A DNA stretch of 64,000 nt from Candidatus Bathyarchaeota archaeon (GCA_963770935.1 CAVYRJ010000011.1:105382-169381), one strand, 5' to 3'. Counted from the first letter of the stretch, positions 21,806-33,380 are shown. Numbers and translations are program-made. Notes: generated by a model not told the origin, from the letters alone.

Positions 21806-23360
21806 TTATCTGTCAAGCATGAAGGTTTTCTCATGTGTTGCCTGCTCTGGAATACGGTCCAGAATCATTTTTTCCTCTGGCTTTTTGCTTAAAACGATTG
21901 GCGATAGTTGCCCAGCCAACTTCATCGCAGAAGACAACTTGCTGCTTCTCTCCGCGTAGATTTCAAACAAGACACCATTTTTGTGTACGGTGCCGCCGAG
22001 CTTTGCATGTAAAACAACACCTGCACCTTTCTCTTTGGGTGCTCCAGCTTCACGGGCAATCCGCACAATATCGTCTGTGCTTAGCCAGAGAACTTTGCCA
22101 GCTTGCTCCGAACGCACCACAGCCGATTCAGATCCAACAGGCAAATCTTCAGGTTTAACATCTGGGTTTCCGCCTTGTGCAGCGATGATTTCACGCATCT
22201 TCTTCATTGCTTTGCCTGAATCAATCATATCCTCAGCCATCCCCACGAGCATTTTCCACACCAACCATTTCAAAAAGCATGCCTGCTAGGCTAACGGCTT
22301 TCTCACGCAAATCAGGCGGTCCACCACCCATAAGAGTCATCAACGCCTCCTTTGCTTCCAACGCTGGTCCGATGCCACAGCCTAAAGGTTGGTCTCCAAA
22401 AGTTAAGGCACATTGGATGTTTAATCCTAAACGTTTTCCCAAATCCACAAAATCCGAAGCCAAAGTGTAGGCTTCTGTCCGCGTTTTGATTTTGGCTCCC
22501 ATGCCTGTTGGGATGTCAATGGCGACATGGGTGGCTCCGATGGCTTTTTTCTTGCTTAGAATCGAGGGCAAAAGCATGGGGTCGATTCCTAATGGGTATT
22601 CAACTTGGATGAATAGGTCGTCAGCTGGCGCCAGCTCCAAAGACCCACCCCAAACCAAGCAGCCGTTGGTTTTTGCTACAACGTCCTTGATTTCTTTTAT
22701 TGATAGGTTTACTGGGCAGAGCGTTTCCACTCGGTCTGCCGTTCCAGCGGGAGAAGTGATTGCCCTCGATGATGTTTTGGGAATTGTGAATCCTGCAGCC
22801 GCCACAATGGGAACAACGAGCATGCTGGTTTTGTCGCCTGGAATTCCGCCGACGCTGTGTTTGTCAAGGATGGGTCCTTTGCCAAAATCGAGTGTTTTGC
22901 CCGTAGTAATCATAGCTCTCGACAGGGCTTCAGTTTCGCTTGTGCTTAGTCCATGAATGCTAAGCGCCGTAAGGAAAGCGGCGATTTCAACCGTGCTCAA
23001 ATGCCTCTCAACCACATCCTTCACAATAGCTACAAGGTCCCCTTCACGCAAACGTTCACCATGCAGTTTAGCACGGATGTTAAAGAGTGATTCAGGAAGT
23101 GGAGCCAACTCCACCTTAACTGTCTCAGCCTCTTTTACCCCAAGCGCGGCAACGGTTTCTCGGTAGAGTCCAATGCGGTTTGGGGGAAAATAAACAGCGA
23201 TGTTGGCGATGGCAATCATTTCTTTACCCTTGCAGGATATTTTTATTCTGTCTGAACTGTGCACACCGAGCAGGTTGGCACTTTGTTCGCTGAGCAAGGC
23301 GATTCTGCTGCCGCCCGTGGTAATCATTAGGACTTCAACGCTTAATTCCATCTGAGACAC
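21806..23360 (-). CDS. deoA: AMP phosphorylase (frameshift ~22240)
   Basis: DKHSVGGIPGDKTS, KTSSRAITSPAGTAD, AR.AGAP..KGAG; divergent from rbcL. Confidence 0.93.
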
Positions 23361-23436
23361 GTCAATACCAATTAAGCTGGGGAATAGTTAAAGATTTTAA
23401 GGCAAAGCCAATCAGTCTAGCAACGAGGATTGCTCT

Positions 23437-24661
23437 TTGAAGTATCTTGACTTTGTGGATTTAACTTACAAGCCCAAAGAAACTGATTTAATATGCACCT
23501 TCCAGGTTGAGCCTGAAGGCATAAGCCTTAAAGAGGCGGCCGGCGGTGTGGCGGCGGAAAGCTCCGTTGGCACATGGACTGAACTGACAACTGAGCAGCC
23601 TTACGTTAAGCGACTAGCAGCACACGTCTTCAGCATTAACGGCGACATAATCAAAATTGCCTATCCTATCGAGCTCTTTGAGTCTGCCAACATGCCAAAC
23701 ATCCTTAGCAGCGTAGCTGGGAACGTTTTCGGGCTTAAAGCACTAAAAAACCTCCGTCTACTCGACATAGAATTTCCCAAAAATCTCTTGACCAGCTTTA
23801 AAGGACCAGCCTTTGGCATAGCTGGAATACGCAATCTCCTAAAAATCCCCCAGCGCCCCCTTGTCGGCACCATAATCAAGCCTAAACTGGGGTTAGAAAC
23901 CAAAGACCACGCAAAAGTAGCATATGAAGCGTGGTTTGGCGGCTGTGACGTTGTGAAAGACGATGAGAACCTGAGTAGTCAAAAATTCAACCCCTTCGAC
24001 CGAACGCTTAACCCAGACGTTGGAGAGCCGCGACAAAGCTCAAGACGAGACCGGTGAACGCAAAGTCTATATGATAAACATCACCGCCGAAACCAACACA
24101 ATGCTAAAACGCGCCCAAGCCGTCGTTGACCAAGGAGGCGAATATGTGATGGTGGACATCTTAACCTGCGGCTGGTCAGCACTGCAAACATTGCGTGAAC
24201 AAAACTTCAAACTTGTCATTCACGCTCACCGCGCTGGACACGCCGCTTTCACCAAGAACCCCAAACACGGCATCGCCATGAAACCTATCGCGACCGTCGC
24301 AAGGGTAATCGGCGTTGACCAGCTTCACGTTGGAACTGTTGTGGGGAAAATGTCTGAGACTAAAACGGAAGTCCTAGAGAATATCGATGCTTGCAAAGCA
24401 GAAATGGGCGGTTTGAAGCCTGTTTTGCCCGTTGCCAGCGGCGGACTGCATCCCCGATTGGTTCCAGCATTAATGGAGACTTTCGGCAACGACTTTGTTA
24501 TCCAAGCAGGCGGCGGAATCCATGGACACCCCGACGGCACAGTAGCAGGCGCCAAAGCCATGAGGCAAGCAGTCGACGCAACACTATATGGAAAAACACT
24601 TCAGGAATACGCAAAAAACCACATAGAGCTCGCCCTTGCCCTAAAACAATGGAAAACCTAA
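23437..24661 (+). CDS. rbcL: form III RuBisCO (frameshift ~24000)
   Basis: AAESSVGTW, KPKLGL, GCDVVKDDE, HAHRAGH, ASGGLHP, GGGIHGHP. Confidence 0.96.
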
Positions 24662-24737
24662 CAAGTCGATTAGTCACCTATTTTTTTCTATCTGACCTTT
24701 ATCCTATTGTTTTTTGCCGAAATAGCTGTTTCTCAGC

Positions 24738-25656
24738 TTAGAAAAACCATGGGTATCTTCGTCGCATGACCTCGACGATGCATTGGGGTGCGATTATGCC
24801 TTCTTCGCAGATTAAGCCATGGATGTAGCGGTTGGGGGTCACGTCGAAAGCTGGGTTGCGCACTATAAGTTTTGGGGGGGCTTCGCTCCAAACCTCTATT
24901 GGGTTTCGTTGTTCAATTTTTTCGCATTCGCCTTGGAGGGTTTCTGGGTCGAACTTTAGCAGTTCCGAAACAACATAGAGAGGTACTTTGGCTTCATGCG
25001 CTAACACTGCGATTCCGCTAGATCCAATCTTGTTGACTACATTGCCTTCCGAGGTGATTGCGTCGGCTCCCACAATTACGACATCCACGTTTCCCATGAA
25101 CGTCCGCGCAGCCGAGTCAACTATAAAGGTTGTTTCAATGCCTAAATCAACTAGTTCTTTGGCTGTTATTCTTCCTTGAAAAGCAGGGCGTGTCTCGGTG
25201 CAGATTACCTTGAAGTTTTTGCCATCCGCTTTAGCTTTTGCTAGCAATCGGGTTACAGTTGAGGAGTGGCAATGAGTGAAAACCACGGAGCCGTCTTTGG
25301 ATGCGTTTAGCTCCAATTTCTGCAATGAGTTCTCTTGAAGCCTCCAAGTCTTTGAGGAATTGGCTGACGTTCGAAATTACATTTTTCTTCAGTTCGTCGA
25401 CTTTTTCTGTGTTGGCGTTTTGGGCTTGAATGATTACCCAGCGTATTGCATTACGCATTAGGGGCTCGGTTTCTCTGGAATCTGAAAAAATGGTTTGGGC
25501 TTCTTTGAGTTCGGCAAAGAAAGCAGGTTTGTTTTTTGCTTTGGTCTGCTCTGCTTGGGTTTTGATGGCGTTGATGGCAGCAATGGCGACGTTTCGTGCG
25601 CCTTGAACTTGGAGTTTGCGTATTTTTTCTGCTGTTGAATGGATTGTTTCTGCCAT
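24738..25656 (-). CDS. ribose-1,5-bisphosphate isomerase (frameshift ~25310)
   Basis: VQGA, THCHSS, ETRP..QG, GADAI, NKIG, NPAFDVTP; context with deoA and rbcL. Confidence 0.92.
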
Positions 25657-25739
25657 AATCTTCAACTTGAACGGCTTTGTTTTTAATTATTTGTGGAGAA
25701 GGATATAAGCAAATACATACCCAATGGTTAGTGAATGTT

Positions 25740-26879
25740 ATGTTGCCCGATGAAGATAGCGTCAACAGTATCCTGAAGCCATACGTCCAGCCTTGGTATG
25801 ATTCCGTCGAGAATCCGCAGAAAGCTCAGGCGCAGGTGCTGGCTGATTTGGTAGAAAAATACGCCTCTACAGAATACGGTGTAAACCACAACGCTTCCCA
25901 AATCAAAGACATTGCTGATTATCGGGCTAATTTTCCCATAATTGACTATTCAGGACTCATCCCGCATCTGGTACAAGTGAAAGAACGAAGTTACAGGGCG
26001 TTTTTGTCTGAACCGCCTGAAACTTGGGTTATGACGAGAGGCTCAACAGGAAAATCTAAAGTTTTACCTGCAACTAAAACACATCTTAAACAAATCTACA
26101 GTTGCGGTGCACGAGGACTCATAAACTATGCAGTAAGAAAAAAGAACTATGGAGTCTTTCTTGGTGTCATTCTTAACCTTAATTTTCCCTCAAATGTCCA
26201 CATCATGGACGTAGATGGCAAACAAGTCACTTACGGCTACAGTTCAGGTACCTACGCTCGACTTAACCCCATGTTTGACAGAGTGAGCTTATTGCCTCGG
26301 CAAGAAGAAATCGATGCTTTAGGCAATGGTGTAGGTAGAGAAGATTGGGAAAAACGGTTTGAACTAGCTTATCAGATGGCGCAAAACCAGAATGTAACTG
26401 CAACGATGGGCGTTACCCCGGTGATTCTTTCTTTTGCTAGATATATCAAGCGTAAATACGGAAAAAAACCAGTAGACGTTTGGAATCCTCAAGCGCTCTT
26501 TTGTACCAGCGTTCCCAAAATCCAATTCAAATACGGACCTATCCTTAAGAAGTATTTCGGTGACGTACCCATTGTGGAAATGTATACGGCCACAGAAGGA
26601 GTCTTCGGACAGCAACTCGACGATTATCCCTACATAACCCCAAATTATGACTCATACCTTTTCGAAGTCGCCACAGCTAAAGGAGTGAAGATGCTTCACG
26701 AGCTTAAACGGGGTGAATGGGGCAGCCTAATTATTTCCTCATGTATGTTCCCACGTTACGAAATAGGTGATTTGATTGAGGCAGCAGGCAAAAACTATTT
26801 CCGGGTTTTCGGAAGAAAAAAAACCTTAACGCTCCTTGAACATAAGCTCTACAGAGCGTTTTTAGGCTGGATAATCTAA
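25740..26879 (+). CDS. GH3 family adenylate-forming enzyme (short)
   Basis: TRGSTGKSK.LP, Y.ATEG, RY.IGD. Confidence 0.8.
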   Translation: MLPDEDSVNSILKPYVQPWYDSVENPQKAQAQVLADLVEKYASTEYGVNHNASQIKDIADYRANFPIIDYSGLIPHLVQVKERSYRAFLSEPPETWVMTRGSTGKSKVLPATKTHLKQIYSCGARGLINYAVRKKNYGVFLGVILNLNFPSNVHIMDVDGKQVTYGYSSGTYARLNPMFDRVSLLPRQEEIDALGNGVGREDWEKRFELAYQMAQNQNVTATMGVTPVILSFARYIKRKYGKKPVDVWNPQALFCTSVPKIQFKYGPILKKYFGDVPIVEMYTATEGVFGQQLDDYPYITPNYDSYLFEVATAKGVKMLHELKRGEWGSLIISSCMFPRYEIGDLIEAAGKNYFRVFGRKKTLTLLEHKLYRAFLGWII

Positions 26880-27271
26880 GGTGGCTTAGGAGAACGCTTC
26901 CGGGCACCCATTGCAACGTAAATTGCGCCGAAAATGATGATTATGCCAATTATTAACAGCATTATAGCCCAACTTTGTCCTGAATCCACAGTGAAAAAGC
27001 CACTTAGTTGCAGCACAGAGAAAAGCCCAAACGTGATAAGTATTAAACCGCCGATTAAATAGCCAATAAATCCAGTTTCACCTTTCTCTTGCCTCTCACC
27101 CTTCTCCTGTTTTTCCTGTTTCTCGTTCTTCTCTGATTTCTCGTCTTTTCTGCGATACGGTTGAACAGGCGCTGGTGGACTTGGGGGAGCAGCTTTCAGT
27201 GATGTTCCGCAGTGTGGGCAGAAAACCATATTTTCGTCAACTTTGTTGCCACATTTTGGACAAAACGACAT
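26876..27271 (-). CDS. zinc-ribbon membrane protein
   Basis: CPKCG...FCPHCG, EK-rich linker, 2 TM. Confidence 0.85.
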   Translation of the reverse strand: MSFCPKCGNKVDENMVFCPHCGTSLKAAPPSPPAPVQPYRRKDEKSEKNEKQEKQEKGERQEKGETGFIGYLIGGLILITFGLFSVLQLSGFFTVDSGQSWAIMLLIIGIIIIFGAIYVAMGARKRSPKPP

Positions 27272-27387
27272 TCAAATTCATCCTATTTACATTTTATCAG
27301 GTCTGAGTATTTAAAATATGCACTTGCTTCCTTAAAGAGAAAGATATATTTGCTTTATTTTCTATTCTCGAATGGAGAAAATCCAGC

Positions 27388-27891
27388 TTGAAGATCAACT
27401 TGAACCTCCAAGGATTATCAGATAAGAAAAAAGAAAGCCTGTTAAGTGCCCTCTACATTGGCTCGGTCTTCATAATTTTTGCTTTGGTTTACTACATCCA
27501 TATATCAGACAACCTCTGGGAAGGCTTGATTGACTTCTTCACATCCCTAACGCTTGCCACTGTTCCAACAACCGGCATCTCTTTGCCTGCGCCTGCAAAC
27601 CCAGCCGCCCACATAAACCTCTATACAGCAGCTTTCCATTTCACCATAGGTTTAGGTATTTTAGAAATCATTATATTATTTTTAAGAGTAGGATTACATT
27701 CATCTGTGTTACGATTAGCAGAGACCATTGAAAACATTGTTTTCTGGCTTGGCACAAGCTACCTAATAGCGGCTTACCTGATGAACATGACATTGCAGGG
27801 TGAGTGGTTTGTCTTCTGGGCTGGACTAATACTCATCTTCGGCTTAGCGCTGATCGCTAGGGCATTCGTGCTCTTAACCCCCAAACGATAA
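27388..27891 (+). CDS. 4-TM membrane protein, paralogue of 8022-8531
   Basis: motifs shared with the 8022 ORF. Confidence 0.75.
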   Translation: MKINLNLQGLSDKKKESLLSALYIGSVFIIFALVYYIHISDNLWEGLIDFFTSLTLATVPTTGISLPAPANPAAHINLYTAAFHFTIGLGILEIIILFLRVGLHSSVLRLAETIENIVFWLGTSYLIAAYLMNMTLQGEWFVFWAGLILIFGLALIARAFVLLTPKR

Positions 27892-27892
27892 C

Positions 27893-28630
27893 CTATTTTT
27901 TCTTTATTTTAAGTTTCCACCAAAGCCCCATTATTTGCCGAAACATATTCCAAGAATCCTTGAATAAGCTAACTTTGGTGCCCCTGCCGCTTTTCCATTC
28001 TACCGCAATCTCTTTTACTTTAAAGCCCTGACTTTGCGCTCTAACCAAGATTTCTGTGTCCCAAAACCAATGAGTCGCCTCAACCTTGTCAAGCAACTCC
28101 ATAAGCGGCTCTCTTTTGAAGGCTTTGAAGCCACACTGGTGGTCCCGAAGTTTAGAGCCAAGTAGGTTCCTGACTAAAAAATTATAAGTTTTAGAGCTAA
28201 TGCCTCTACTAAATGTTCGTTCAGCCTTGCTTTCTGCCATCATTCTAGACCCAGTTGAGAAATCGTAGCCTTCAACCGTGATGGCTTCAACAAGGGGCTT
28301 TAGGTACTTGAGGTCAGTGGCTAAATCCAGATCCATATAAACTAGAGTTTCCCCGCAACTTTGTTTAAATGCGTTTTTGAGTGCAGTTCCTCTGCCTAGA
28401 CGTTTTTCACGGTGAATGTGCTTAACGCCTAGGATTTTTTGGGATAGTTCATCGGCCCGTTCAGCGGTTCCGTCAGTGCTGCCATCTTCAGCAATAATCA
28501 CCTCATATGATTGGGTGAATTGATTTAGGGTTTGGATTGTTTTCTCTACCGCTGGCTGCAAATAGTCCATTTCGTTATAGGCTGGAAGCACTACGGAAAC
28601 CTGAATTGTTGGGCTATTTGGTATTGTCAT
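27893..28630 (-). CDS. GT2 dolichol-phosphate hexosyltransferase (DPM/DPG synthase-like)
   Basis: PAYNE, EDGSTD, MDLD, GSR, D.QCGFK. Confidence 0.9.
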   Translation of the reverse strand: MTIPNSPTIQVSVVLPAYNEMDYLQPAVEKTIQTLNQFTQSYEVIIAEDGSTDGTAERADELSQKILGVKHIHREKRLGRGTALKNAFKQSCGETLVYMDLDLATDLKYLKPLVEAITVEGYDFSTGSRMMAESKAERTFSRGISSKTYNFLVRNLLGSKLRDHQCGFKAFKREPLMELLDKVEATHWFWDTEILVRAQSQGFKVKEIAVEWKSGRGTKVSLFKDSWNMFRQIMGLWWKLKIKKK

Positions 28631-30492
28631 TAAGCGAAATACCAGCTTGGGAACCACTTAAGATAACTATGTACATACGAAGTGGAAATAGGCGCACCTG
28701 AAATCACTGGGTAGAAGAGCAGAAACATCGCTACTGCACCAGCAAATATTGCTATTGCAGCAACCTTTCCCATCCGAGTGTTCCAATATTGGTTAATGAA
28801 ATATGTTATCCCAAGGCAAAGTAGGGGTACGCTTAGGTAGAAATGATAAATGTAGGTTGCTCTGCCTATGAAAACGTATGGAAGCCACGAGAAGAAGAAC
28901 ACAGCAACTATGAATATCGCAGGTAAATCCCAACCCTCTGCTCTTATGCTGATGCGTCGGTGGATAGATGACTTCGATATTCGACTCCGCAAATTATCTA
29001 ACAATTCTCTTCCATGAATCGCCCTCTCTGTAAGCACAAGCATCAGCGCAAAGCCAACCCACCAAACCACTGGGTTTCCTAGAACTGTGATGGTGGAAAC
29101 CACGTTATTGGGTAGGTAGGATATGTCGAACCATCTTGGAACAGTTACTCCATCTATCCTAAACATGAATGGCCAAGACCACCAAGGGGCTGAAGCAGAA
29201 TCAGTTACGGTGCCTGAATGGAAATTGAACATAGCTAACTGTAGATTAATAATTGTTGGGAAAGAATCACCTGCAAGCATTTCAGGAATATATGTCAAAA
29301 AGTAAATGAGTGCTAAAATTCCTACAAATCCCAGCAGCAACCATATTGGATAGTTAAAGAAAGCAACATATTTGTCAGCTAAGCTCGCCTTTAACTTTGC
29401 TAGGTCCTTAAACCGGATGGCTACGAGCAGCGCAAGCAAACCCAACGCACTGTAGAGAATAAACCATTTTGTTGAAAACCCTAGCGCAACGAAAACTACG
29501 GCTAGAAACAGTGGCAGAACAGAGGTTTTCCAGCCGCTCTTAACAACGTTCATGAAGTAAATCAGGAAGAACAACTGCGAAAGCAGAGAAAAGAACACCA
29601 CGTAAGTATCTACTGTACCGATGCGTGCCATGGTGAAATGCATAAAGTCAAAAGAAAACAGGAAAGCAGCGGAAAACCCTCCAATCCAAGTTCCAAACAA
29701 CTTCTTTCCCAATAGGTACATTAATGGAACCATAAAAGTAGCAAATATTACACCCATTATTCGCCAGCCAAAAGATGTTTCTCCAAAAACTGCAACTCCA
29801 ATGGATTGGATTATTTTTCCCAGTGGAGGATGGGTTCGCTCATGTGGAATTTGATGGTTAACATAGTTTTCTGCCGACCTAGCAAAGTAGACCTCGTCAA
29901 AATACATCTTTGACATATAAGACGGCGGAATCTCAAGTTTGTCCTGTTCATCAACTAACTTTCCTAAGGTGGTGTCGGTGGTATTTTCACCTATTATTTC
30001 AACGATTGAAATTTGTTGGTTGCTTTGACTTTCTACTCCGATTTCGGTGATTTCTATGAATGGTGTTGGTGCTTGGTCAGTAGGGTTGGTAATGCCCCAG
30101 TTGGAGAACATAGGTTGAGAATCATAATTTACTGCTGTAACGTTGAATTCTAAATATTGCGTGTCAGCATTCAAACTTAGTTTTTGGTAAACTGAGTAGT
30201 CTGTGCCTCTTGGTTGAAGTCCATCATTGAATTGTCCAATGTAACTCCAGTTTCCAGGCTCACCAGAATACACCGAGACTGTGGCGTTGCCGCTTCTAAC
30301 CCAAAAGTAAACACTCTGAACCTGCTGGTTTGAACCCAAGTTAATGTAGAAGCTCTCCTGTTGGGTGCTTTGCCAATTCGTCACAGGCGCATTAACTAAA
30401 CCGACATTCCAAGCTGCTATTCCAAAGAAGACGATGGATAACAAAACAATAGTTATCAAATCTTTCTTTGTGATTTTTATTTCCATTTTCAT
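28630..30492 (-). CDS. PMT family (GT39) protein mannosyltransferase-like
   Basis: FDEVY, HPPLGK, FGWR, S..WSWP, GNP..WW, Y.YH. Confidence 0.88.
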   Translation of the reverse strand: MKMEIKITKKDLITIVLLSIVFFGIAAWNVGLVNAPVTNWQSTQQESFYINLGSNQQVQSVYFWVRSGNATVSVYSGEPGNWSYIGQFNDGLQPRGTDYSVYQKLSLNADTQYLEFNVTAVNYDSQPMFSNWGITNPTDQAPTPFIEITEIGVESQSNQQISIVEIIGENTTDTTLGKLVDEQDKLEIPPSYMSKMYFDEVYFARSAENYVNHQIPHERTHPPLGKIIQSIGVAVFGETSFGWRIMGVIFATFMVPLMYLLGKKLFGTWIGGFSAAFLFSFDFMHFTMARIGTVDTYVVFFSLLSQLFFLIYFMNVVKSGWKTSVLPLFLAVVFVALGFSTKWFILYSALGLLALLVAIRFKDLAKLKASLADKYVAFFNYPIWLLLGFVGILALIYFLTYIPEMLAGDSFPTIINLQLAMFNFHSGTVTDSASAPWWSWPFMFRIDGVTVPRWFDISYLPNNVVSTITVLGNPVVWWVGFALMLVLTERAIHGRELLDNLRSRISKSSIHRRISIRAEGWDLPAIFIVAVFFFSWLPYVFIGRATYIYHFYLSVPLLCLGITYFINQYWNTRMGKVAAIAIFAGAVAMFLLFYPVISGAPISTSYVHSYLKWFPSWYFA

Positions 30493-31757
30493 TTCGGCGG
30501 CTCACCTGATTCTTGAGTTTGGATTAACGTTGCGGGTTCTGTTTTGAGCCATCCGCGTCCTTTCTGCTCATACCACAATAGCAGGGATGCATATGCAAGC
30601 ATGAATAAATTGATAGCGCTTATTAACGGAACAATAGGATCTCGAGTTAAATCGGCAAAATTAGGGTAAGCGGCTCTGAGTGCATACATAACATACGCTT
30701 CATTCAAAAACAATGTCCCGGTCAAAACTACGTAGAGAAGACGTGTTTTTTTGATAAGCGGAAACATCAAAGCTAACATAGCTATCGCAGGAAACATGTA
30801 GCGCTCGTGAATACGTGTTGGAAGCATAAAGAAGCTAAAAAGTAGCATGAATGCAGCAAAGATAGCCAGATAATCGCCTGAAACTTTGAAGCGCTTATGC
30901 AAAACATAGAGTGTGAATGCAGTGGCTACGCCAAATAATGCCCATCCTGCAATGAACAGGTTTCCATCCGGTACCCATAATAAACCGAGCAAACCCCATA
31001 AATTAAAAGCGTTAATCGAAGCATACGCGTAGCCTCCATAAGCACCGAAGTATATGCCGCTCAAGAAAGAAATTGGGTTGCTCCATTCAAAGGGCAAAAT
31101 AACCAAAAAAACCGTTGCGGCAAAGGCTATCACAGATGTCAGCAGCCTCTTTAAACCATCCTTCTTATAAATCAGCAGAATAATCAACGGAACTAAAGCG
31201 ATGCCCTGCGGTTTAGTCAAGATACCCAACGCGAATGCAGCTGCGGAGAGTTCCGGTTTCCTTTTAAGAGCCAGAAACAAGGAAAGGACCAAAAAGAAAG
31301 TGTAGACAGCATCATATTGTCCCCAAACTGCGGCGTTGAAGATTACTGCTGGGTTTAAAACATAGAAAGCTACTGAAAGAATAGCAATTCTAAATGTTGT
31401 TTGTCTTCGAACGAAAAAATAAATAAGAAGTCCCGTGGCTAAATCAAAAAGGTTCGGGACCACCTTAACCATACTTGCCAAACTCATGCTTAAAGCGTTG
31501 GCTAATGATCCGAATGCCCAAAAAATGTAGACATTGAAAGGCGGATAGTCTGCAAATCCAGCAAGAGAATAGAAGGGTCTTATTCCATGTTGGGTTGCTG
31601 TGTTAAACCAGGATATAAAATCGTTTGTATCTATTTGGTATCCCTGCAGGGGGAGCAGTAGAACCCTGACTAAGAAGGCGACTAAAAGTAACACAGCTAA
31701 AATAGTGAATTCGCGTCTTGGAAACGAGAAGTTAACCGCGTTTTCCCCCTCTGCCAA
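30489..31757 (-). CDS. GT-C lipid-donor glycosyltransferase
   Basis: DYPP, NPA.I....WGQ.D, KPQ, HERY; multi-TM. Confidence 0.8.
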   Translation of the reverse strand: MAEGENAVNFSFPRREFTILAVLLLVAFLVRVLLLPLQGYQIDTNDFISWFNTATQHGIRPFYSLAGFADYPPFNVYIFWAFGSLANALSMSLASMVKVVPNLFDLATGLLIYFFVRRQTTFRIAILSVAFYVLNPAVIFNAAVWGQYDAVYTFFLVLSLFLALKRKPELSAAAFALGILTKPQGIALVPLIILLIYKKDGLKRLLTSVIAFAATVFLVILPFEWSNPISFLSGIYFGAYGGYAYASINAFNLWGLLGLLWVPDGNLFIAGWALFGVATAFTLYVLHKRFKVSGDYLAIFAAFMLLFSFFMLPTRIHERYMFPAIAMLALMFPLIKKTRLLYVVLTGTLFLNEAYVMYALRAAYPNFADLTRDPIVPLISAINLFMLAYASLLLWYEQKGRGWLKTEPATLIQTQESGEPPK

Positions 31758-31979
31758 ATATTTGTTATCATGGCATAAGAAGCTTTTTCCAAAAAAGCCT
31801 TTGCTATTCTATAAAAGACACCTATTGGGTTTGTTGTGTTATAATTTACTTCTAAGTTAATTTTACCCTCCAAAACCCCTATTAAATTATTAGTCACTAA
31901 GCCAAAAAACCCTAAGAATCAAAACATCAAAATTTTTTAAGCAAGGATGAGAATAAGCCTTTGCTTAAGGTGGTGCTTG

Positions 31980-33380
31980 ATGGAGAAACTGCGTGTTTTT
32001 TCTTCAAGATCAGGTTTAGTTAAGATTGTAGGTATAATAATTATTGCGATTATTGTTGCAGGAAGTTTAGGCTTAGGTTTTTACGTTGCACTCAATCAGC
32101 AACCCCCTATAGCAAGTCCTACGCCCTCGCCTGAACCGAGCCCAACTCCCACTCTAAATCCTACTTCTTCTCAAAAACCAACTCCGAATCCAGGGACGCC
32201 AACTCCTATACCGAGCCCAACACAGAGTCCTTCACTGACACCAACCCCTACTCAAAGCCCAACCCCTTCTCTCTCTCCAACACCAAGTCCAACTCAAATC
32301 TCAACTCCGACTCCGGCTCCTACACCATCACCAACACCAAGTCCAACTCCCTCTACAACACCAATCCCAACTCCAACCTCCACATGGAACCTGCAAACCG
32401 TAGATTCACCCGGAAACGTAGGCATGTTTTCTTCTATCGCTTTGGACTCCAACAATAACCCGAACATAGGATACTATGATTTTACGAATGGTAATTTGAA
32501 GTTTGCAAAGTGGACTGGTTTAGTTTGGAGTATACAAACGGTAGATTCAAGCTTCTTGGGCTATGCCAGTAGTTGTTCTATTGCTTTGGGCTCCAACAAT
32601 AACCCACACATGAGCTACTATGACGCTGCAAATCGTGATTTGAAGCATGCTACGTGGACTGGCTCAATATGGAATATACAAACCGTAGATTCAACGGGCG
32701 ACATTGGCACATACTCTTCTATGGCCTTGGACTCCAGCAATAACCCACATATAAGCTACTATGACGCTGGGCATGGTTATTTGAAGTATGCTGAGTGGAC
32801 TGGTTCAGCTTGGAGTATACAAACTGTGGATGCAGCGTATGACGTTGGGGCTACTTCTTCTATTGCTTTGGATTCTAATGATAAGCCACATATAAGCTAC
32901 TTTCAGGTTTCTAATCATGATTTGAAGTATGCTACATGGAATGGTTCAGTCGGACTCCATGGTCCATTATGGAATATAAAAACTATAGACTCAGCAGGAA
33001 TCGTTGGTGCGTACTCTTCTATTGCTTTGGATTCCAATAATAACCCTCACATATGCTACTATGACGCTACGAATGATGATTTGAAGTATGCTGAGTGGAC
33101 TGGTTCAGTTTGGAGTATACAAACGGTAGACTCAGCAGGAGCGGTTGGCATGTATTGTTCTATTGCTTTAGGTTCCAACAATAGCCCATACATAAGCTAC
33201 TATGATGGTCATTTGAAGTGTGCTGCGCGGACTGGTTTAGTATGGAGTATACAAACCGTAGACTCAACAGGAATCGTTGGCGAGTATTCTTCTATTGCTT
33301 TGGATTCTAACACCAACAAACCTCGCATAAGCTACTTCGACCGTACGAATTTGGATTTAAAGTATGCTTCAATGAGTTGA
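31980..33380 (+). CDS. membrane-anchored surface protein: TM, Pro/Thr/Ser linker, repeat domain
   Basis: N-terminal TM, ~90 aa PT/PS linker, seven ~48-aa repeats. Confidence 0.85.
   Translation: MEKLRVFSSRSGLVKIVGIIIIAIIVAGSLGLGFYVALNQQPPIASPTPSPEPSPTPTLNPTSSQKPTPNPGTPTPIPSPTQSPSLTPTPTQSPTPSLSPTPSPTQISTPTPAPTPSPTPSPTPSTTPIPTPTSTWNLQTVDSPGNVGMFSSIALDSNNNPNIGYYDFTNGNLKFAKWTGLVWSIQTVDSSFLGYASSCSIALGSNNNPHMSYYDAANRDLKHATWTGSIWNIQTVDSTGDIGTYSSMALDSSNNPHISYYDAGHGYLKYAEWTGSAWSIQTVDAAYDVGATSSIALDSNDKPHISYFQVSNHDLKYATWNGSVGLHGPLWNIKTIDSAGIVGAYSSIALDSNNNPHICYYDATNDDLKYAEWTGSVWSIQTVDSAGAVGMYCSIALGSNNSPYISYYDGHLKCAARTGLVWSIQTVDSTGIVGEYSSIALDSNTNKPRISYFDRTNLDLKYASMS
32385..33370 (+). repeat. seven intragenic ~144-bp repeats (probable beta-propeller blades)
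   Basis: W.IQTVDS.G.VG..SSIALDSNNNPHISYYD...DLKYA repeated at protein and DNA level. Confidence 0.85.

Noticed and set aside
6676-25656. Frameshifts in bud32, rdgB, the pyruvate oxidase-like gene, AIM24, deoA, rbcL and R15P isomerase as programmed frameshifting or genome decay
   Set aside because: They hit normally essential genes and look like scattered single-base indels with no shared slippery motif; assembly error is simpler.
32100-33370. Repeats as a CRISPR array
   Set aside because: They are in-frame degenerate coding repeats with no repeat-spacer structure and no cas genes.
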